Made by a program: the position numbers and the translations under genes. DNA of 64,000 nt from a virus, in IMG/VR virus record IMGVR_UViG_3300017971_000278, positions 8,248 through 72,247 of that record; one strand, 5' to 3'. Under the pieces are notes generated by a model. It saw only the letters and a list, made by a program, of their open reading frames with translations, made no database searches and was not told where the DNA came from. Positions 40,802 to 50,933 of the stretch are shown here, piece by piece (the first letter of the stretch is position 1; each line of letters begins with the position of its first letter).

Positions 40802-42769
40802 CTATTCAGCAGTTTTATCTTCTTTTTTTGCTGAAAGACTATCAAATGGTACGATTTTTGGATCAATAACTTTTAGCCCTACCATTTTACCATAAAGTCT
40901 TTTTGCGTTTAGTATTTTATCGTCATTGATAAAATCACGAATATTTTCAATAGCCGAGATAGCAGATTGAGACAGACCATCAGCAAGTTGCTTATTATCG
41001 ATATCATTATTATCGGTAGGGTCATCTACTGTTTCGCTCGGGTCTGGAGTGTTTGGCATGCCATCATTCATTTTAGACATAACATCTTCGATTTTAAAAT
41101 CTGCCATAATAACAGGTTTCTGTTCTTCAATATTAGCATCTTTCAAAGAATCATTAGCAATTTCAACACTTTCAAACTTACCATTAAGTACTCCAACTAA
41201 CGCCAAATGATCTTTTTGGGCGGCAGTCAAAGATGCTCCAAGTTCTACATATTTGTCAACTTGTGCCATGTAATCAGCAATTTGAAATCTAAGTTCTTCA
41301 CGCAATACATTTAGTTGATTATTAAGTTCTTCATTTTGTTTAATAGAGTCATCTAAAGCTTGTTTGTTCTTTTTAGCTTCGTCTTCATGTGCAGCGCATT
41401 TACCACAAGGTCTATCTAATTTCAAGTTTCTTGAAATCATTTCTGCTTCTGCCATGTTAAACAACTCTTTAGTTTCGTCGTCATTCAATTTACCAACCAG
41501 TTCACATGTAGGTAATTCAAACTTATCTTCTTGTGGGTCTTCTACAACAGCTTTATCTTCTTTTTTACTGTCGCAACCAAGAGCTTTAGCCTTGCGATCA
41601 ACACAAGCAAGAATTTCGTCTTTATTACCAGGTCCTTCGTAACGACCAATTAAACGACGTGCCGCAGTAACATGTGCACAATCAGGAACCGGAAAAGAAC
41701 GATCAGGACCACAAAAAGTTGATTTAGACAGTTTTTTACGCTGTTCTGTACTCAATTTTGCATCTGCCGCTTCCCACTCTTCCGAGGTAATAAGCTCTTC
41801 ATCAAGCATTGCTTTAAGCTCAACTTGCATCTCATCACATATAAGATCTGAATCAATTTCCTGATTGGCAGGTTTTTCTACTTTAGGATCTGCCATATTT
41901 TCTTCCTCCTTAAAGTCTCTAAAAGAATAAGCAATATTACTTGGTCGTTCTTCAGAGGTTTTATTCCAATTGTCCATTGAAATTTTAAATTCTTTGTTTG
42001 AGTCTTGGTGTCCAATAGCAATCTGAGTGAGTGGATCGCCATCAAAAACAACAAGACTTACTTCGTCATAATTATGGACACCTGGAATGATGCCACAAAT
42101 TACTCCATTGTCATCTTCTTCTCCGTCAGTATATTTGCCGCCAGGAGAGTGATCACAAAATCCTTCTTTCGCAAGATTTTGACGACATTCAGAACAATAG
42201 GCTTCGCCAGGAGACCTAAAAGAAGTAGACACTGCGTCAAATCTTCCGTCTTGGATCTGTTCTATTGTTTCTTTGTCATATATAATACCTTTAAGTTTAA
42301 TATAACCGAGTCCTCTCCAGTTATCCTCAAAAGGTATACCAGATTTTAATAGTTTTCTAGATGCTTTGATTTGGTCATTGATAGAATTAGAACTATCAAG
42401 CAAAGTAAGAACATCTTTGTTGTTAGCTAAACCCTCAGGAATGGTAGATATATATTCTGCACCTATGATAACACCAACAGGATCAGCACTTGAGTCGTGA
42501 TGTTTTAATATTTTTGCTGGTTTATTGCGTTGTATAAAAGTTTTAGCGCCATCTTCCATTCGAGACGGAAGATAAAAACGCAAATTGTCATTAAACAAAG
42601 CAGAGTGTGTAGCTTCAAAAGTAACTTCTAATCCTTGCCGAACCCGACCTTGCGAAGAAAGATCATCGCTAGAAGTTTCAATTAAAGAGTCTTTCCATTC
42701 TGTGATTTCTTTATCTGTAGGCTTTACAACCTTAAAATAATCTCTAAAGAGACTAAGATCTTTAGGCAT
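40802..42769 (-). CDS. Prohead protease-scaffold fusion with a small inserted domain (655 aa)
   Basis: ATHS, ILKHHD..DPVG, DGRFDAVSTS and EVSLV (HK97/U35-like protease motifs); C-terminal coiled-coil scaffold. Confidence 0.8.
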   Translation of the reverse strand: MPKDLSLFRDYFKVVKPTDKEITEWKDSLIETSSDDLSSQGRVRQGLEVTFEATHSALFNDNLRFYLPSRMEDGAKTFIQRNKPAKILKHHDSSADPVGVIIGAEYISTIPEGLANNKDVLTLLDSSNSINDQIKASRKLLKSGIPFEDNWRGLGYIKLKGIIYDKETIEQIQDGRFDAVSTSFRSPGEAYCSECRQNLAKEGFCDHSPGGKYTDGEEDDNGVICGIIPGVHNYDEVSLVVFDGDPLTQIAIGHQDSNKEFKISMDNWNKTSEERPSNIAYSFRDFKEEENMADPKVEKPANQEIDSDLICDEMQVELKAMLDEELITSEEWEAADAKLSTEQRKKLSKSTFCGPDRSFPVPDCAHVTAARRLIGRYEGPGNKDEILACVDRKAKALGCDSKKEDKAVVEDPQEDKFELPTCELVGKLNDDETKELFNMAEAEMISRNLKLDRPCGKCAAHEDEAKKNKQALDDSIKQNEELNNQLNVLREELRFQIADYMAQVDKYVELGASLTAAQKDHLALVGVLNGKFESVEIANDSLKDANIEEQKPVIMADFKIEDVMSKMNDGMPNTPDPSETVDDPTDNNDIDNKQLADGLSQSAISAIENIRDFINDDKILNAKRLYGKMVGLKVIDPKIVPFDSLSAKKEDKTAE

Positions 42770-42789
42770 AATTGTACAATCCTCCTATT

Positions 42790-44961
42790 TTATTTAGTTA
42801 CCTGCATAGTACAAGTACAATGTGGATGCAATGGTGGCAACTCTTCGTAAATTATAGCATCAGTAGATTTGTATTTCAAAGCGCCGCCATCACAAATATT
42901 ACATGGATGGTCACTATTTCTAATAGAACTAATCTCTTCGAAGTTATTTAATCTATATCCACTACATAGTCCATAGTTATATGCGCGCATTATTTCACTA
43001 TTGTCAATCATATGAGTTCTGTGTTCTAATGCATCAAAAACCAGACCAACAAATACTGCATCTTCGGCTTTTAAATTCTTGTTTTTTGTAGTATGTGATT
43101 TTATATTTTTAATTAAATGGTCTCTAAGTTTGTATGTGTATTTTTCAACATGATCTTGAATTCTGCCATCAATCTTACTTATGTTTACCTCATAAACAAT
43201 ATGACCAGTCTCTCTTAAGCCAGCCCTGTATGCCTGTTTACATAAACTAAAAAGCCTGTCTCTTGCTTCTAAGAACGACATATTTATAGAAAGAATAAGG
43301 TTATCCAAAGACACCCCATTAGTACGTACAGTATCTACTATATCTGTTTTAATACTTGAATATATAGATCCAAGTGGAGATTGTTGTTTATAGACAAAAT
43401 CCAGTGCATCTTTGTTAACTTTGGCAGTTGGTCTTTTCCCGTGTTGGTTTGCCGGTTGGCTTTTATTGCTTATAGAATTACCACCAGAAGATGTATTTTG
43501 TTTTGCACGAGAAGCAGATTCTGCTTTTGCAACTTCTGTATGTGGCTCATCAACAGCTTGAATAAGAGCTTTGTCTCTTTCTATTAGGCCATAGTTGGTA
43601 TTTGCCCAGTCGCCATCACCTGCTGTAAACATAGTGCTTTTGTCTTTGCTAGTTGGCCAACCATCTCCTTGAAAAGGTTCTCTTCCAAGTTCTTGTCTAA
43701 GTTCAGAATGCGTAATTGCGTTTTTAAGGAATAAATCTACATAATGATTTTCTTTAGCTTGTCTAGCCTCAAAATCTATCTCTTTAAATTTAAGGGTAAC
43801 TTTAAATTCTTTGTCAAACAAAGTAGATTCTGGAAACGAAGACTCAAGTAATAACTCTTGTAATACATGAGAGTAAAACTGAGAGCCAAATTCTTTTTGA
43901 TTAGCCTTTGTGTCGTCAATAAGGTTTCTTGACATTGTTTGAGCAGTAGAACGATTAGCTGTTCCACCCTCTCCCATGTCTACAGAAGAAACACCAAGAC
44001 CAGTAAAAATTCTTTGTTTAAAATGCTCAATTACTTTATCAACAGCAATAGGTGGAGATGAACCCTGTAGCGGAGTAATAGCGTGTCTTTCTGGAGTCAC
44101 CCAACAGCCATCAGATGGCATAGCCTGAACAGCAGCTTTTACTATATCAATTTCACTCTGGCCATCTGAAAACATAGCAGCAGGTGCATCAGATGTACCA
44201 ACCTGATAATGAAACAAAGGGAAAAGGTGTTGGTATACAAGAAGCTCAACATTTTCTTCTATTCTGCGCAATGCACGAATATCATCTTTAACAGGGACAA
44301 CATCTGGAGTTCCAACAGAATAACCTGGACGTTTTTCAAAGTGAAAATGAACAACATCTTCTGGCTTGAACTCTTTTGTTACTTTTCCATATACTTCTTG
44401 TTGGTACTTATGTATTTTGCCATACTCATCTCTTTTAAACCTTACAGTTTCAGACGGCATTAAGAAATATCCAGCAATTGGATTAAGTTTCTTGCCAGAC
44501 GGAAGCACACGAACTTTTCCACCAGAAGCAGATTGTTTACGTACTTTTACCCAAAAAGCGTTGTTAGTTCTTATCAAAGAAGCTACAGTATCGGAAATTA
44601 ACATAGGAAATGGAACACCAGTTGCGTGCTCCATTTGTTGAAATCTTTGTTTAATATATCTAATTCTATTAATATCAGAACTAGAAAAAGAATAACCCTC
44701 TTTAAGGAATAGGTTCTTTTTTACTTTGAGTGCACGTTTATAATAAGATTCAGTATCTAAAATACGACCAGTTTCAACTAAGTCCCATTCTGAATTTTCC
44801 CATCTTAAAGTAGGTGCTCTTCCTCTTCCAATATTTGAGGTGTATACTTTTGTTGGTGGCGGCAAAGCCACTGGAATAATAGATCTTTTCTCTGGAACCT
44901 TAAAACCATTATTTTCACTCTTGGGAGCGTCCTGGTTTTGTTCAGGTTTGTTGTTATCCAT
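42790..44961 (-). CDS. Portal protein with a C-terminal Mu gpF-like domain
   Basis: NNAFWVK, EDVVHF and LGVSSVDMGEGGTANRSTA portal motifs; C-terminal CNIC...PPLHPHCTC. Start placed at ATG 44961 (AGGAG SD) rather than 44982. Confidence 0.85.
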   Translation of the reverse strand: MDNNKPEQNQDAPKSENNGFKVPEKRSIIPVALPPPTKVYTSNIGRGRAPTLRWENSEWDLVETGRILDTESYYKRALKVKKNLFLKEGYSFSSSDINRIRYIKQRFQQMEHATGVPFPMLISDTVASLIRTNNAFWVKVRKQSASGGKVRVLPSGKKLNPIAGYFLMPSETVRFKRDEYGKIHKYQQEVYGKVTKEFKPEDVVHFHFEKRPGYSVGTPDVVPVKDDIRALRRIEENVELLVYQHLFPLFHYQVGTSDAPAAMFSDGQSEIDIVKAAVQAMPSDGCWVTPERHAITPLQGSSPPIAVDKVIEHFKQRIFTGLGVSSVDMGEGGTANRSTAQTMSRNLIDDTKANQKEFGSQFYSHVLQELLLESSFPESTLFDKEFKVTLKFKEIDFEARQAKENHYVDLFLKNAITHSELRQELGREPFQGDGWPTSKDKSTMFTAGDGDWANTNYGLIERDKALIQAVDEPHTEVAKAESASRAKQNTSSGGNSISNKSQPANQHGKRPTAKVNKDALDFVYKQQSPLGSIYSSIKTDIVDTVRTNGVSLDNLILSINMSFLEARDRLFSLCKQAYRAGLRETGHIVYEVNISKIDGRIQDHVEKYTYKLRDHLIKNIKSHTTKNKNLKAEDAVFVGLVFDALEHRTHMIDNSEIMRAYNYGLCSGYRLNNFEEISSIRNSDHPCNICDGGALKYKSTDAIIYEELPPLHPHCTCTMQVTK

Positions 44962-46939
44962 TACCGCCAGTTCTCCTCTCATATTCAGCTATAAATTCTC
45001 TGGCACTTGACAAGTCTTCAGCTGTCATATCTTGCAAACAATTCTTAATAATAATACCTGATTCGACAGTTTTTTGCTTAACTTCATTTGTTTTTGCGCT
45101 GTTATCAATAGTTCCAATCCCACTATTAATTCCACTGTTACTGTTTTCTTTTGAGCCAACTGTTTGTTTTGTATCTATTTTCTTATTACCGTTGGGTGGA
45201 ATAACTCTTATATCACCATTATCTAGTACTTCAAATTGTGTAGCGCTTTGTTTGTTCATCGTGTCTTCTAGGATAAATTTCATTTGTTGCACATCTAAAT
45301 TACTATTAGTGCCACACTTTAGGCCATTTTTAGAAATTGCTTTAAGGATAGATTTTATTACTAAAATCAACTGAATAATGCGAGACCTAATAACAGAACT
45401 ATCTGATTTTTTGCTCATCCACCCAAAGTCAGTACCTAAAAGGTCATAGATCATTTGAATAGCATAATCAAACCAATCTTGAACATACCTAATAGCACCC
45501 TGAGAAATGTTGCGCATCTGAACTATAGAATTAACAAGTGGTTCTGGATCAAAATATCTTTTAGCTTCTTTTACAGTGCTTTGTTTTTCTGGAGGATTGT
45601 TCTCATTGCCTATAGAAAATTCTTTGCTCCATTTTTCTGATTGTGGAATATCATCTTTACTCCACCTTGTGCCGTCACGTGGATTACCACGCTTTAAAGG
45701 CGGTGGAACTTTGTTTCTTTTGTTTCTATCTTTTCGTTTAAGATCGGCCCACTTCTGATCTCTTTGTTCTCTTTCTGCTGTAGATATAGATGGTTTCACA
45801 GATTCTTTCATTTCATCAACAGCAAGATCTGTTTCTTCTTCTGGCCACTCTGGTATTGTTGGATTATATTTTTGACCATCAGGAGTATTGAATCGCTCCA
45901 TCTCACCATTGGCCCATTGTCTTTCTGTGGGTTCTACGCCAGCGCCAACATCACTAGAAAAGTTTTTATGTGTTGGAAGTGCAACACCAATATCTGCTTC
46001 TGCAGAAACAGATGCCTGGCTGAATGGGATCTTTGCGTTTTGTGCTAGTATAATAACTTCATTAATATGATCTACAACACAAAGCATTGGAGCAATAAGC
46101 ATTTGTACTAGTTTATCTAACCATTGTGCTAGAGCATCTAAAAATGGGCTTAATATTGCGCCGACAAGATTAATAATGAAATCAACATTAAATTTAACAT
46201 CTAAGTTTAATTTTGCTAGATAATTTGTTAATAGCGCTAACATTGCAAGAAGATCTTGTGGACACAATCCAGACAACAAATTCAATAGTTCACAAATATC
46301 TAAATACATTCCAGGATCTTTAAAAAGATCACGTATCTGATCTAGGATATCTGTGCGCATTTTAATATTTAAAAGATGAACCTCTAAAAGATCACCATCT
46401 GGAAGCAACCCATCAAGATCCAATAATCTATCAAAACAAGGTATACATTCTGTAAGAAGCTTTCCTACTTGCTCACCTTTTGTTTTTGCAGATGTGTCAG
46501 ACCCAAAAATCTTTCTATAGTCAAAATCTTGTTCTCTAGATCGTAATCCATTCATAAAAGCGTCTGGATTATCCATAGAGTTATTCCAGAAGTTCAATCT
46601 ATCATTTGCTTTATTATTGGCTGTTGTGTATGCAGGGTCTTCTTTCTTAACTCCAGAAGCCTGATGCATACCTGGATAATACCCCATCTGCTCTCTTACT
46701 CGTGTAGAAAAATTCCTAGTGGAGTAAACATCTTTATAGTGATAAGCAAGGGCGTAATCTTCTTCTGCCCAATTGGCAGCTTCTACTTCAAAAGCCCTAA
46801 CTATTAAAGCATAATCTTGTTGTGCCAACGGATTCTTTTTGTTAACTCTAAGTTTAACTTTTACTGTTTGACCATCAGAAGAAGCAATAACTTTCTTCTC
46901 GTTGGTGCGCACAACATTTTTATCATCAGTAAAACCCAT
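44954..46939 (-). CDS. Hypothetical protein, probably virion-associated (661 aa)
   Basis: Long ORF coupled to the portal gene; Leu-rich helical core with scattered Cys. Confidence 0.7.
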   Translation of the reverse strand: MGFTDDKNVVRTNEKKVIASSDGQTVKVKLRVNKKNPLAQQDYALIVRAFEVEAANWAEEDYALAYHYKDVYSTRNFSTRVREQMGYYPGMHQASGVKKEDPAYTTANNKANDRLNFWNNSMDNPDAFMNGLRSREQDFDYRKIFGSDTSAKTKGEQVGKLLTECIPCFDRLLDLDGLLPDGDLLEVHLLNIKMRTDILDQIRDLFKDPGMYLDICELLNLLSGLCPQDLLAMLALLTNYLAKLNLDVKFNVDFIINLVGAILSPFLDALAQWLDKLVQMLIAPMLCVVDHINEVIILAQNAKIPFSQASVSAEADIGVALPTHKNFSSDVGAGVEPTERQWANGEMERFNTPDGQKYNPTIPEWPEEETDLAVDEMKESVKPSISTAEREQRDQKWADLKRKDRNKRNKVPPPLKRGNPRDGTRWSKDDIPQSEKWSKEFSIGNENNPPEKQSTVKEAKRYFDPEPLVNSIVQMRNISQGAIRYVQDWFDYAIQMIYDLLGTDFGWMSKKSDSSVIRSRIIQLILVIKSILKAISKNGLKCGTNSNLDVQQMKFILEDTMNKQSATQFEVLDNGDIRVIPPNGNKKIDTKQTVGSKENSNSGINSGIGTIDNSAKTNEVKQKTVESGIIIKNCLQDMTAEDLSSAREFIAEYERRTGGNG

Positions 46940-47322
46940 TATTCGGTAGCTTTCTTAACTGGTTCTGTAAGGCTATCTACTGCTACTCCACCAGCACGTT
47001 TTTTAGCTTCTATCTCAGCTTTTAAAACTTGAGATTCAGCATGAGGTGTACTTCCATTATATGTAGGCTGTACGGTACCCTGTCCATTCCCAGCAGCAGG
47101 AGAGGTGGTTGACCCGGTTCCAGCAGGAACGGCAACCTGGACAGCCTGACCTGGATTAACAGTTACTGAGGTCTGTACTGGTAAGTTACTAGGCAACATC
47201 ATTTGCTTTGCGTCTTTACGTGTGACAAAATCACCAAGCAACAAAGGAAACAATTTATAGTAGCCTATTTCTACCTGATAGGTATCATACGCCTCTTGGT
47301 TAATTTCATCTATTACCATCAT
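46939..47322 (-). CDS. Hypothetical structural protein
   Basis: Start placed at ATG 47322 (GGAG SD); VTVNPGQAVQV...GSTTSPAAGNG Gly/Thr beta motif. Confidence 0.6.
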   Translation of the reverse strand: MMVIDEINQEAYDTYQVEIGYYKLFPLLLGDFVTRKDAKQMMLPSNLPVQTSVTVNPGQAVQVAVPAGTGSTTSPAAGNGQGTVQPTYNGSTPHAESQVLKAEIEAKKRAGGVAVDSLTEPVKKATE

Positions 47323-47719
47323 TATTAGGTTCTCCTGTGTTATTTGCAATTTTACCTAATTCTTTAACACATATTTTATACATATCAAAAGTAACTTCTT
47401 CGGACCGTATGCCAAATACTCTACCTATTGCTTCTATAACGCTTAAATGTTGCCCTGTATTAAGAGGTACTTTTACATTTTTACATCTTTCTTCTATTTC
47501 ACCCTCAAGTACTTTTGAGTCTTCAATTATTTTAGTATAACCATCAACAACTTCTTTTGCTTTTCTTCTCCTAGTGTCCAAACCCTCTTCTTCTTCGTTG
47601 GGAACATTAGACATATAAGGTAATAATACTTCACGTGGATTCTCTGGAACCCACTGAACACCAGCATTTTCACTTAATAGATTTTGATCATCTGTATTCA
47701 ATAATTTTTTAATATCCAT
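47306..47719 (-). CDS. Hypothetical protein
   Basis: ATG 47719 lies just after the previous stop; fills the operon. Confidence 0.6.
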   Translation of the reverse strand: MDIKKLLNTDDQNLLSENAGVQWVPENPREVLLPYMSNVPNEEEEGLDTRRRKAKEVVDGYTKIIEDSKVLEGEIEERCKNVKVPLNTGQHLSVIEAIGRVFGIRSEEVTFDMYKICVKELGKIANNTGEPNNDGNR

Positions 47720-47723
47720 TAGA

Positions 47724-48185
47724 TTATACCGCGTTCTCTGTAAACTCAACCTTAAGAACTATATCGCTTTTGTTTTGTGCTGGGCTATTCGGCGGGCAAG
47801 AAATTAAATACCAAAACGGATAATAAGTAGCATTATCACCAGCAACACTAGATCCGATGTTATCCATATGAATATGATCTCCCCAGTCAACATCTCCCCA
47901 TTCAGCATCTGTAGGTTGATCTCCACCTTTATTTATCTTTACGCCCCATCCAGTTTCTGTGTATCCAACATCACCATAAGGATTAGCATCTACCAAATCA
48001 ACAGGAGTAATAACAATATTTGAATACCATTTGGTTAAATCATCATTACGCAAATACAACGTGACAGTCTTTTCGTCTCCATCTTTACCATCGTGCGTTG
48101 TTGTTATGGGATTTGTAGTGTCTCCATCAGCTGTAGCTAATGACATATTTCCATCGGAATCTCTAAAATATATTCCCAAGCTCAT
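47724..48185 (-). CDS. Hypothetical beta-rich virion protein (153 aa)
   Basis: GGAGG SD; LYLRNDD..WYSNI and YYPFW motifs; directly after TerL. Confidence 0.65.
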   Translation of the reverse strand: MSLGIYFRDSDGNMSLATADGDTTNPITTTHDGKDGDEKTVTLYLRNDDLTKWYSNIVITPVDLVDANPYGDVGYTETGWGVKINKGGDQPTDAEWGDVDWGDHIHMDNIGSSVAGDNATYYPFWYLISCPPNSPAQNKSDIVLKVEFTENAV

Positions 48186-48194
48186 GTTATCCTC

Positions 48195-50129
48195 CTAGAT
48201 ATTAGAACGTGTAGGTCTATTACTGTGTATTTTTCTTCTGCTTTTTCTACGCTGTAAATATTCTTTCATTCTCTCTTCTTCTTGGTCAGTGTCCCAACCT
48301 AAACGGTTTGTATTCATTCCTAAATGATTATCCACTCTTCTGGCTTGATTTGCAAGTATATGTTTTTCTAAATCTGTTTGTTCTACTCCACCATCAAGTC
48401 TTCTTTCTTCTGGTCTGGATAATCTTTCTTTTCTTTCCTCCGCAGTAGAGGCTTTTTGGTTTCTCTTTGTACGCGGATCAAGAACTGCACCAACCTGTGT
48501 ATTGACAACAGTAGCATGTAAGTCACTAAATTCCAACTGAAAAGCAACAATTGCCAAGTTAAGAGCGTCAAGCCTATGATCCATAACTTTTGGATCTTCA
48601 GTGGCATAAACAGGATTACCATTTGGAGAAATACGATCAACAATATAACTTCTAAGTTGTTTTTCTAATTTGTTGTCATATGATGATATTCTAATTAGGT
48701 TTTGTTCAAACAACCTAACAGAGCAGTTAACCATAAAAGGTTTAGCTGGTTTTTTGGTTTTTTCGTGTGTGATAGGATCTTTGATTTCAAGGGCAGCACC
48801 AGCATCATATTTCTTTAATATTCTTAATAAGTTAGCAGTATTTCTATCACCGTTTTTATGTGTGTGTGTCCATGCTGTTTTTCTAAGTAACTCATAATTA
48901 GTGCTTCCGTTGCCAGCATCGATATAAATATAATTGGGCATCCACTTTTTGTTCATCTCTAAAAGTTTAGAAATACCAGAAAGCTGTGTAAACTCTGACT
49001 TTTCAATATGTTGTGATTCAACAACTTGATATGTGTTTGTAAATGGATTAAACCCAAGTACTATAATTTCAGTACCATATTTTTCATTCCAATCAGTGCC
49101 AATAGTATATTTCCAAGAAGCATTTCTTTTTATTGAGTCATATTCATATTTAACAAGCGCACGATCAATATAAGAAGGTTTATAAACACCACCTTCAGAT
49201 GTTCCCCATTCGGCTAAATATTCATGCTTCCAATCTTCTTCTGTAAACTGTGGCTTCTCTGCCTCTACTTGTTTCCAATGAGGAAGCACCTTGTAAGTAA
49301 AATGAAACTCTTTATATCCAGGACTTTCTTCACAAAGAGTATAATATGGTGTTTTAAATCCAGTAGGAGTAGAAAACCCACAAAGACTAGTATTTGGTGT
49401 TGTATGTAGAATAGGAAAAATACCACCTCGAAGAGCGGTACCATCTACATAATCCATTTCCTCCACATAAATATCATCAGCGTCCTGACCTCGACCAGCG
49501 AGACCTTCCTTCTTGCCTTTCGCTCCTGCGGGCACACCACGAACACGAGAACCATTGCGAATCTTTATTTCATAATAAGGAGCTTTTACGTCTCTTACAA
49601 CAGAATCTCTTAACATTGGATGTGCAGCAATAAAAGACCTAAGTCTAATAAATATTTCTTCTACGTGAATCTTTTGAGGACCAGTAACAAAAATCTTTTT
49701 ATCTTTATTAGTAAAAAGCTTATATAGAATTTCAACACACACGCTGTCAGTTTTTCCTGTCCTTCGACCAATACGCAAAACTTTCCTACGTGAAGTGCAA
49801 CGTAAAACATTCTCTTGGTACCAGCGTGCAATCCAAGGTATATCACCAGGTAACCTAATGAATTGTTTAGCGAATTCTACTTTGTCACGGGTAGCCTTTA
49901 ACATGTCAAGCTGCTCGTCTGTCATAGTAGCTTCCTCCATAGGAGAAACTAAGCTCTTTTTAATGCCTTTACAAAGTACCATAAACTTTTCGCCAACAGC
50001 CTTACCATCAAAAACAAACTTTTCATATTTTTTTAATTGCGTGCGAACACACTCGTGACACTGAGGGATTACCTCATCTACATTAAAGGGTAGTTCTAAT
50101 TTTCTAAGATCTGATAATTCATCAACCAT
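48195..50129 (-). CDS. terL: Terminase large subunit (644 aa)
   Basis: Walker A GRRTGKT, Walker B IYVEEMD, coupling motif STP, RNase H-like IGTDWN...DHRLDA. Confidence 0.95.
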   Translation of the reverse strand: MVDELSDLRKLELPFNVDEVIPQCHECVRTQLKKYEKFVFDGKAVGEKFMVLCKGIKKSLVSPMEEATMTDEQLDMLKATRDKVEFAKQFIRLPGDIPWIARWYQENVLRCTSRRKVLRIGRRTGKTDSVCVEILYKLFTNKDKKIFVTGPQKIHVEEIFIRLRSFIAAHPMLRDSVVRDVKAPYYEIKIRNGSRVRGVPAGAKGKKEGLAGRGQDADDIYVEEMDYVDGTALRGGIFPILHTTPNTSLCGFSTPTGFKTPYYTLCEESPGYKEFHFTYKVLPHWKQVEAEKPQFTEEDWKHEYLAEWGTSEGGVYKPSYIDRALVKYEYDSIKRNASWKYTIGTDWNEKYGTEIIVLGFNPFTNTYQVVESQHIEKSEFTQLSGISKLLEMNKKWMPNYIYIDAGNGSTNYELLRKTAWTHTHKNGDRNTANLLRILKKYDAGAALEIKDPITHEKTKKPAKPFMVNCSVRLFEQNLIRISSYDNKLEKQLRSYIVDRISPNGNPVYATEDPKVMDHRLDALNLAIVAFQLEFSDLHATVVNTQVGAVLDPRTKRNQKASTAEERKERLSRPEERRLDGGVEQTDLEKHILANQARRVDNHLGMNTNRLGWDTDQEEERMKEYLQRRKSRRKIHSNRPTRSNI

Positions 50130-50136
50130 AAATCAC

Positions 50137-50931
50137 CTATTGGTGCAACATCATACCTTCTTTACCAAGCATAGATCTAGCACTCATCATGCCTCTATTC
50201 ATTGCTTGTAAAGATTGTTGTCTCATTGTATGTGCACCTTCCGTCATAAATGCAGTTTGATCTCCAACCCAACCAAGTTGTCTTCTATTTCGTTCGTTTT
50301 GTACTGCCTGATCAGCAGTAGCAAATGTTGCATCTGTAGCACCACTAAGTGCAGCACTACCAGCAAGACCACCACCGAAAAACCCAACTGCTCCACCAAT
50401 AAGTCCACCTGCTACTGCCCCTACTGGGCCTAAGAAAGCACCAAGAGCAGCACCAGCTGCAGCACCAGCTCCAAGTCCTGCCTTACTACCTATTTCAAAT
50501 CCAACAAGCCCAGCAGCGCCAGAAATCATTGCTTTGCCTTTCTCGTAAGGGCCACCAGGTGTTGTAAAGGCAGGGGCCACTACAAATGCGGCACTCATTG
50601 CTGGGCCTGCAACTTTACCAAGTTTTCCAAGCATTCCGGCTTTTGCGGCACCTTGTTCTGCTGATACAAGTGCTTTGGCTATTTTCTTATTGCCAGGATA
50701 TTGCATTTGCATTTTTCTTAAGTTGGCAATATGTTGTGTGCTTCCAGGTTTATGTGTTCTGCGCCAAGGAGACTTTAATGCCTCTCCAGTAGTAGGAGCA
50801 AATATAGTTGCAGCGAGCCCGCCTCTAGCGTAACTAGACGAAAAATGTCGCTTTCCAAAATCTTGTGCCTTATATCTAGGATCAACTAAACCAGAAGGAC
50901 TTGAGCCAAAATTTTCTTTAAACCATTGCAT
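50137..50931 (-). CDS. Glycine-zipper membrane-type protein (264 aa)
   Basis: Long GxxxG run (GLGAGAAAGAALGAFLGPVGAVAGGLIGGAVG). Confidence 0.65.
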   Translation of the reverse strand: MQWFKENFGSSPSGLVDPRYKAQDFGKRHFSSSYARGGLAATIFAPTTGEALKSPWRRTHKPGSTQHIANLRKMQMQYPGNKKIAKALVSAEQGAAKAGMLGKLGKVAGPAMSAAFVVAPAFTTPGGPYEKGKAMISGAAGLVGFEIGSKAGLGAGAAAGAALGAFLGPVGAVAGGLIGGAVGFFGGGLAGSAALSGATDATFATADQAVQNERNRRQLGWVGDQTAFMTEGAHTMRQQSLQAMNRGMMSARSMLGKEGMMLHQ

Positions 50932-50933
50932 AA

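Noticed and set aside
47722-47731. CGGTATAAT as another late promoter
   Set aside because: It overlaps a stop codon and lies only 3 nt from the next ATG, too close for a -10 element.
48195-50129. Intein or intron in TerL (also considered for MCP, portal and the RNAP candidate)
   Set aside because: The ORFs are continuous and I saw no intein C...HN or LAGLIDADG motifs.
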